This document shows positions 59,045 to 64,000 of a stretch of DNA of 64,000 nt, piece by piece (within the stretch, counting starts at the first letter, position 1; the number at the start of each line of letters is the position of its first letter). The notes below the pieces were generated by a model. It was not told where the DNA came from. It did no database searches and was given only the letters and a program-made list of their open reading frames with translations. The position numbers were made by a program, and so were the translations under genes. This DNA comes from an uncultured Terrimonas sp. (GTDB lineage: Bacteria; Bacteroidota; Bacteroidia; Chitinophagales; Chitinophagaceae), in contig CAZFGP010000001.1 in assembly GCA_964518685.1 (NCBI GenBank), positions 28,892 through 92,891 of the forward strand, given 5' to 3'.

Positions 59045-59824
59045 CTATTTATTCCCTTCGAGATAATCATATATAATTTCCCCTTTGATCAATTTAAAAT
59101 CAGCACGCCAGTAATACCCCACTAACATTTCTAACACGGGTAAGCGAAAGAGCGGCGCCTGTGCATTAGGTCTTATTTCGACCGTACATGGGCCAGCCCA
59201 GCATTCATGAATTTTTAAATCCGTTAATTTCCTCGACGTGAGTTGTCTAATGGCAGCGCATCCATTAATATGATCAATTACTTTCAGATTGATATTAGTT
59301 GAGAAATCAAAATATTCTTTAAGCTTTGTTAGTTCTCCTTTTTGTTGCTTATAAGGCATGGTAGCTGTAAACACATCAATTCCATTTCTCCTGATCGTAC
59401 CTACAATCAGGTCGTCCCGAAATTCAATTTTAGGTTCTCCGTATTTTTTGGGTTGCCCCTGCACTTCGCGACCATGGGAAACACCAATTGCACTGCTTAG
59501 AAATAAAAAGGGAGAGTACCCTCCTGCAATATCGGTACCTTCAAGGGAAGCATTCAGCATAACATTAGATTCATTAAACTGTCCTATCCAGTCAGTATCA
59601 TTCATATTGTAGATATGCACCATTACCACATCCGACATGGGTAGTAAAGGTGGCGGCAAATGTTTATCTACCGCTTCTTTTGCAGTACGATATACCAGCG
59701 TCATTACTTCCACATTCCGGAATTCAAAAGGATAAGGCGGGATCATTGGAGCACCGATTGGGGTAGAAAACCCAGGCTGCAGAATATTGGCTATAGTAGG
59801 TTTAATCAATTCAAAAGCGTGCAT
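59045..59824 (-). CDS. Acetoacetate decarboxylase (ADC) family protein
   Basis: FSTP..AP..PP.P..F.N.E...VYRT, LPPPL, the GREVQGQPKK Schiff-base lysine motif, NLKVI and W.GP motifs. Confidence 0.85.
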   Translation of the reverse strand: MHAFELIKPTIANILQPGFSTPIGAPMIPPYPFEFRNVEVMTLVYRTAKEAVDKHLPPPLLPMSDVVMVHIYNMNDTDWIGQFNESNVMLNASLEGTDIAGGYSPFLFLSSAIGVSHGREVQGQPKKYGEPKIEFRDDLIVGTIRRNGIDVFTATMPYKQQKGELTKLKEYFDFSTNINLKVIDHINGCAAIRQLTSRKLTDLKIHECWAGPCTVEIRPNAQAPLFRLPVLEMLVGYYWRADFKLIKGEIIYDYLEGNK

Positions 59825-59841
59825 ATCTCAATATATTTACA

Positions 59842-60669
59842 TTAACGTGAAGAAATCGCAGTTGTCCATTCTTCTGCCAGGTCTCTCATTTTAATAGTTT
59901 CACTCAGTACGTCGTCATAAAGGGTATTCATATAATCCTGATGAACATATTCTATAGACATATATCCCTTAAAAGCATGGTCTCTCAATTCACCAAAAAT
60001 AGCGGAAAAATTAATCGTACCCTTTTCAAGACTCGTTTGCAGATATCCCTGCTTCGCCTGTCTCAGATGAATCAATTGAGTAAAGGGGATGAGCGGGTTA
60101 ATTGCAGACTGGGTATATCCAAGGCATACAAAATGTGCATAGTCGAGTACTATGCTCAAACCCGGCACCTTGTCCAATAGTTCCAACACCAATTCAGGCG
60201 CTTCCAGATACGAATGAACATGAGGCTCCACTGCCAGCGAAAGGCCTTCTTTCTGGCACAACGCAGTCATCTCCTTTAGGTTTTCCGCAGAAACCTCCAT
60301 AGCTTCCTTGCGGCTTTGACCGGGGTTAATAACGCCTGGTAAAATAAAAATCGTTTCAATGGCAGCCTGTTTACAAAACTGAACTACTTTCTGTAAATCT
60401 CTTATATTTCGCTTATTCGTTTCCTTCAGAGACAGATTTCTATCTTTGATATCATCACCAAACAGGTGGTATAAACAGGGAACAGAAATATTTAAATTCC
60501 CGACCTCCTCTGCCACCTTTCCGGGGTTTTCAATAATCTTATTTTTGTCTAAAGCAGAACGATAAAAATAACCGAGGTCCAGTGCATTAATATGTAAGAG
60601 TTTGGAAAGACCCGCCACCTCCGAAAGACTACACTCCGGAAAAGACCATGAAGTAACTGATAATTTCAT
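59842..60669 (-). CDS. Xylose-isomerase-like TIM-barrel (AP_endonuc_2) sugar isomerase/epimerase/lyase
   Basis: Metal-binding pattern VEPH, LDYAH, IHLRQ and SIEY. Confidence 0.85.
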   Translation of the reverse strand: MKLSVTSWSFPECSLSEVAGLSKLLHINALDLGYFYRSALDKNKIIENPGKVAEEVGNLNISVPCLYHLFGDDIKDRNLSLKETNKRNIRDLQKVVQFCKQAAIETIFILPGVINPGQSRKEAMEVSAENLKEMTALCQKEGLSLAVEPHVHSYLEAPELVLELLDKVPGLSIVLDYAHFVCLGYTQSAINPLIPFTQLIHLRQAKQGYLQTSLEKGTINFSAIFGELRDHAFKGYMSIEYVHQDYMNTLYDDVLSETIKMRDLAEEWTTAISSR

Positions 60670-60711
60670 AAAAACAATTTTTATACCGGAAAAAACAGTG
60701 CACTTAATATT

Positions 60712-61758
60712 TTACGAAATGTATTCCACCTTACCACTTTTCGCAGACTGATGCATCAAAAAGAGAGTCTCCACCGAACGTCTCCCAACAACGGCATCAG
60801 CCGGATTAATAACAGGGTTACCTTTACAAAGTTGTACAAACCGCTCTACAGGAGGCTGCTCCGGATATTTACCATCTCCTTTTACCAATTCGTTCTTTAA
60901 ATCATCCCCATTATTTCTCATAATTTCCATTCTCTCTCTTTCAATGTCAAAAGCCAATACTCCTTCGGTGCCAAAGATGCGGATATCCATCATATATCCT
61001 CTGTGACGCGGCATGGTGGAAGCTCCCGATAAACAGACAGTTGTAGCTTTATGGGTAGTTAATACGGCAGCATCATAAAAATCTACGCCTGCAGAAGACA
61101 ATTGAAAATTAGAATAAACACTTGCTGGGTCTTCATCAATCAAATAAAATAATGCTGCCAGCAGGTGCGACATCTGTCCCCAGCTGTATCCACCGGCATT
61201 GTTAGGGTCGGCCCAGGTAGAACTGGGCGGCCTGAATAAATCTGATTCTGTACCCTGCAAAGGCTCTCCACTAAACAGATCTCCTGTTGGAGAAGCCATT
61301 TGGGCCACCACATGCTTAATTTTTCCAATCCTGCCTTCTTTGATTTGCTGATGCGCTTTTGACATGTAGGAGGTAAAATTCCAGCCACAGGCCACCATCA
61401 CTTCCACCCCGTTTTCTTTTGCCAGATTTACAATCCGCCTGGCATCCTCAATAGTTGTAGTCATGGGCTTTTCAATCAGGATGTTAATGCCCTTCTTAAT
61501 ACATTGTATAGCCGGCTCATAATGAGCAGTATGAGGCGTGGCGATGATGGCACCCTGGAGCTGTTCCTTATTCAACATCTCATCCATATCAGTATAAGTA
61601 GCATCAACATGGAGTTTTTCTCTCACAATGGCTAATCGTTCCTTCTGTTTATCAACAACTATAATTCTCCCAACGCTATTATTAATTTTCAAAGCCGGAA
61701 TGTGGTTATAACTTGCCCACCATCCTGCGCCAATAACAGCAATATTTAGTTTATTCAT
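60712..61758 (-). CDS. Gfo/Idh/MocA NAD(P)-dependent oxidoreductase
   Basis: IAVIGAGWWA, IATPHTAH, IEKPM, AGGY...MSH and IFGTEG motifs. Confidence 0.92.
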   Translation of the reverse strand: MNKLNIAVIGAGWWASYNHIPALKINNSVGRIIVVDKQKERLAIVREKLHVDATYTDMDEMLNKEQLQGAIIATPHTAHYEPAIQCIKKGINILIEKPMTTTIEDARRIVNLAKENGVEVMVACGWNFTSYMSKAHQQIKEGRIGKIKHVVAQMASPTGDLFSGEPLQGTESDLFRPPSSTWADPNNAGGYSWGQMSHLLAALFYLIDEDPASVYSNFQLSSAGVDFYDAAVLTTHKATTVCLSGASTMPRHRGYMMDIRIFGTEGVLAFDIERERMEIMRNNGDDLKNELVKGDGKYPEQPPVERFVQLCKGNPVINPADAVVGRRSVETLFLMHQSAKSGKVEYIS

Positions 61759-61844
61759 ACTTGAAGCGACCGTTTGGTTTTAACCGTGAAAAAACAGGAT
61801 AGTTTCTGATAAACATAACATTAATTTTATTCTGCGTGTGTTAA

Positions 61845-61852
61845 CAAATATA
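61845..61852 (-). promoter_or_regulatory. -7 promoter box TATATTTG for the Gfo/TIM/ADC/SDR/enolase operon
   Basis: TAnnTTTG on the minus strand in the divergent intergenic region. Confidence 0.55.
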
Positions 61853-61872
61853 AGTTCCGTATCTTTAAGAAG

Positions 61873-61906
61873 TTTATATAAATTGGTTTCCTTTTTACAC
61901 TCTTTG
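61873..61906. promoter_or_regulatory. Candidate AraC tandem half-sites TTTAYAYnnnTTG (21-bp period)
   Basis: tttatataaattg at 61873 and tttacactctttg at 61894, just upstream of the -7 box. Confidence 0.35.
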
Positions 61907-61939
61907 ATATTTTTATGACCTGGTTAAAATATTGAACCA

Positions 61940-62827
61940 TTGAAGAGTTATTATAAATACCTACCCATATCCAACACAGAAAAAGACTGGGGTTTTTACG
62001 TCAATACGGCAGGATACTCCATAACCAATCCTTTAGAAGTGTACCCACCATCCAATGACCATCCGTCTTCTCACCAGTTTACCTGGAACAAAGGTCGGAT
62101 TCTGGATGGATATTATCTGGTGTTCATATCAAAGGGCAGGGGAGTTTTTGAATCGGCTTTAACCGCTCCACGGCCTATTTCCGAAGGTATTTGTTTTCTG
62201 TTATATCCCAATGTTTGGCACAGATACAAACCGGATTTGAATACCGGATGGGAGGAATACTGGGTTGGATTTAACGGACTTTATCCTGAGCATATTATGA
62301 AAAATGTTTTCGACAGCTCCAGGGATCCTTTTTTTGAAATAGGACTACACGAACCGTTTTTAATTATTTTTCAACGGCTATTAGATACTGTTAGAAACGG
62401 GCTTCCCGGATACCATCAGGTCATCTCGGGAATAACCCTTGAAATGCTGGCCATGCTCCATAATCATTCCAACAGTATCTATCCCGGGGAGAATACAGAC
62501 GTGCAACTCATTCATAAAGCAAAATTTATGCTCAGGGAATCCCTGGAGCATGCTATTGATATTCCTAAAATGGTTCAGGAATTACCCATGGGCTATTCCA
62601 AATTCCGGAAATTGTTTAAGGAAGAAATCGGCACCTCTCCTCATCAGTATTATCTCAATCTAAGGATAAACAGAGCAAAATTCCTGTTGCAAACTACAGA
62701 ACTCAATATCAATGAAATCGCTTTTCAGTCCGGGTTTGAATCGGAATATTATTTTTCTAAGTTTTTTAAGAAAAAAGTAAATATTTCACCGACCGAATTC
62801 AGGTTGAAAAAAAAGCAATCCGGGTAA
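61940..62827 (+). CDS. AraC-family transcriptional regulator
   Basis: N-terminal cupin (WNKGRIL, PNVWHRY.P...GWEEYWVGF) and C-terminal HTH (FRKLFK..G.SP..Y, IA..SGFESEYYFSKFFKK). TTG start. Confidence 0.93.
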   Translation: MKSYYKYLPISNTEKDWGFYVNTAGYSITNPLEVYPPSNDHPSSHQFTWNKGRILDGYYLVFISKGRGVFESALTAPRPISEGICFLLYPNVWHRYKPDLNTGWEEYWVGFNGLYPEHIMKNVFDSSRDPFFEIGLHEPFLIIFQRLLDTVRNGLPGYHQVISGITLEMLAMLHNHSNSIYPGENTDVQLIHKAKFMLRESLEHAIDIPKMVQELPMGYSKFRKLFKEEIGTSPHQYYLNLRINRAKFLLQTTELNINEIAFQSGFESEYYFSKFFKKKVNISPTEFRLKKKQSG

Positions 62828-62870
62828 ATAACTTAGTCTCGGAACTCATCAAAAGAATTATTATAGCGCC

Positions 62871-64000
62871 TTAAGGGCGCTGAGAAATGGCGGATGATTT
62901 ATAACCCACCATTTGTTTCTTTTTTCTCCCCGGTTCAATATATGCTATCCCCTTTGTAAATATGTTATCTGATTCCTGGATGACCATAGCCGGACGATAA
63001 TCTCGTTTCCGGGCAATCAGGGTTATATTCTCCATATGCACCTGTTCTGCATAGCGGATATAAAAACCCCAGGCAGGCAATTCCTTAAACTGAGAAAATT
63101 CCGGATAGGCGGTAAGCATAACCGGTATACTGTCTAAGTCGGCTGAAGCGATTCCCCGGTAAGCATAATGCGGATTACTGCCTCCCGGATACAGGATCTT
63201 AATATTTCTCAAAGTTATACCGGTGACAGGATATCCGGGAATACCAACAATTGAAGAGGGTGAAATATTTCTGGGCAAATCCTCTATTGGACCTTCATAC
63301 CGGTAGGCAGTATCAGGCTTGGTATCCGGCACTTCTGCGTAAACATTTTGAATAGTTATATTCCGAATTCTGCCCGGACCCTTTTCTCCCCCATATCTGT
63401 TGCCATTTCGCAGATAAATTACGTTACCGGTATTATACGCCTGCAAACTGTCTATCCAAATATCTTCAATAATTCCTCCATCAGGAGCCGTTAAAACAAT
63501 AGCGGAACGATACGTGTTATATACTTTGTTATTTACAATTTTGAAATTCCGGAAATTCCCCTTCAACATCGTTCCAAACTTTATTCCACTTGCACTGGAA
63601 CGCACGACATTGTTCCTTACAATCACATTTTCACTGATCTGGTTGTAATCGTGAGACTTAAAACAGATGGCATCATCACTGGCACTGACATAGTTATTGG
63701 TAATCGTCACATTTTTACAATCTACAATATCCATCCCGTCATTGTTCCAGAAGATATCACTATCAATGGTGGTGCTGTCAATCAGCAATCCATCGCATTG
63801 ATCATATACCATTACCCAGGCCGCAGCGTTCTTTGACAGGATTCCTTTCACCTTCACATTTTTGCACTCTCGGAAATAAACATTATTCGTTCTGCGAATT
63901 CCCGGACGGTCGTATTTAAATTCTTCCTTAAGAAGACCTTTATGAATCTGGTCTATCAGGTTATAGGTCAATTGATCCCCCTGCCCATCAATCACGCCTT
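62871..64000 (-). CDS. Glycoside hydrolase family 28 (rhamnogalacturonase/polygalacturonase-like), 5' partial
   Basis: IDGQG, WNNDGMD, SDDAICFKS and GIKFGT motifs with beta-helix repeats. The frame stays open to the window end. Confidence 0.88.
   Translation of the reverse strand, partial: GVIDGQGDQLTYNLIDQIHKGLLKEEFKYDRPGIRRTNNVYFRECKNVKVKGILSKNAAAWVMVYDQCDGLLIDSTTIDSDIFWNNDGMDIVDCKNVTITNNYVSASDDAICFKSHDYNQISENVIVRNNVVRSSASGIKFGTMLKGNFRNFKIVNNKVYNTYRSAIVLTAPDGGIIEDIWIDSLQAYNTGNVIYLRNGNRYGGEKGPGRIRNITIQNVYAEVPDTKPDTAYRYEGPIEDLPRNISPSSIVGIPGYPVTGITLRNIKILYPGGSNPHYAYRGIASADLDSIPVMLTAYPEFSQFKELPAWGFYIRYAEQVHMENITLIARKRDYRPAMVIQESDNIFTKGIAYIEPGRKKKQMVGYKSSAISQRP

Overview
This is a gene-dense bacterial chromosome segment of Bacteroidota type, probably Chitinophagaceae-like. 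The assignment is inferred from TAnnTTTG promoter boxes, a T9SS cargo protein, a split transketolase and Bacteroidota-type SecA/DsbD. It has three blocks. (1) 1-12.4 kb: a plant-glycan cluster (partial DUF5107-like TPR protein, GH2, GH97, MFS sugar porter, GH106, DUF1080). (2) 12.5-39.6 kb: mostly housekeeping genes (tkt N-subunit, WecA/MraY-like, frr, mscL, scpA, dsbD, C1 peptidase, secA, beta-CASP nuclease, OmpA/PD40, infC, thrS, purL). (3) 39.9-64 kb: an accessory region. It holds a four-gene heme/DUF1501 module (diheme peroxidase, PSCyt-DUF1549-CBM6-DUF1553, Tat/lipoprotein DUF1501, DUF2231-cytochrome-LRR), a T9SS cargo, a large unknown lipoprotein, a collapsed sulfatase pseudogene missed by the ORF track, a second GH106, a five-gene catabolic operon containing an acetoacetate-decarboxylase-family enzyme with a divergent AraC regulator, and a partial GH28. 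Several REP-like palindromes and a GC-rich multi-hairpin island lie in the intergenic DNA. No rRNA, tRNA, CRISPR array or transposase was seen. All family calls come from motif recognition by eye, not database searches.
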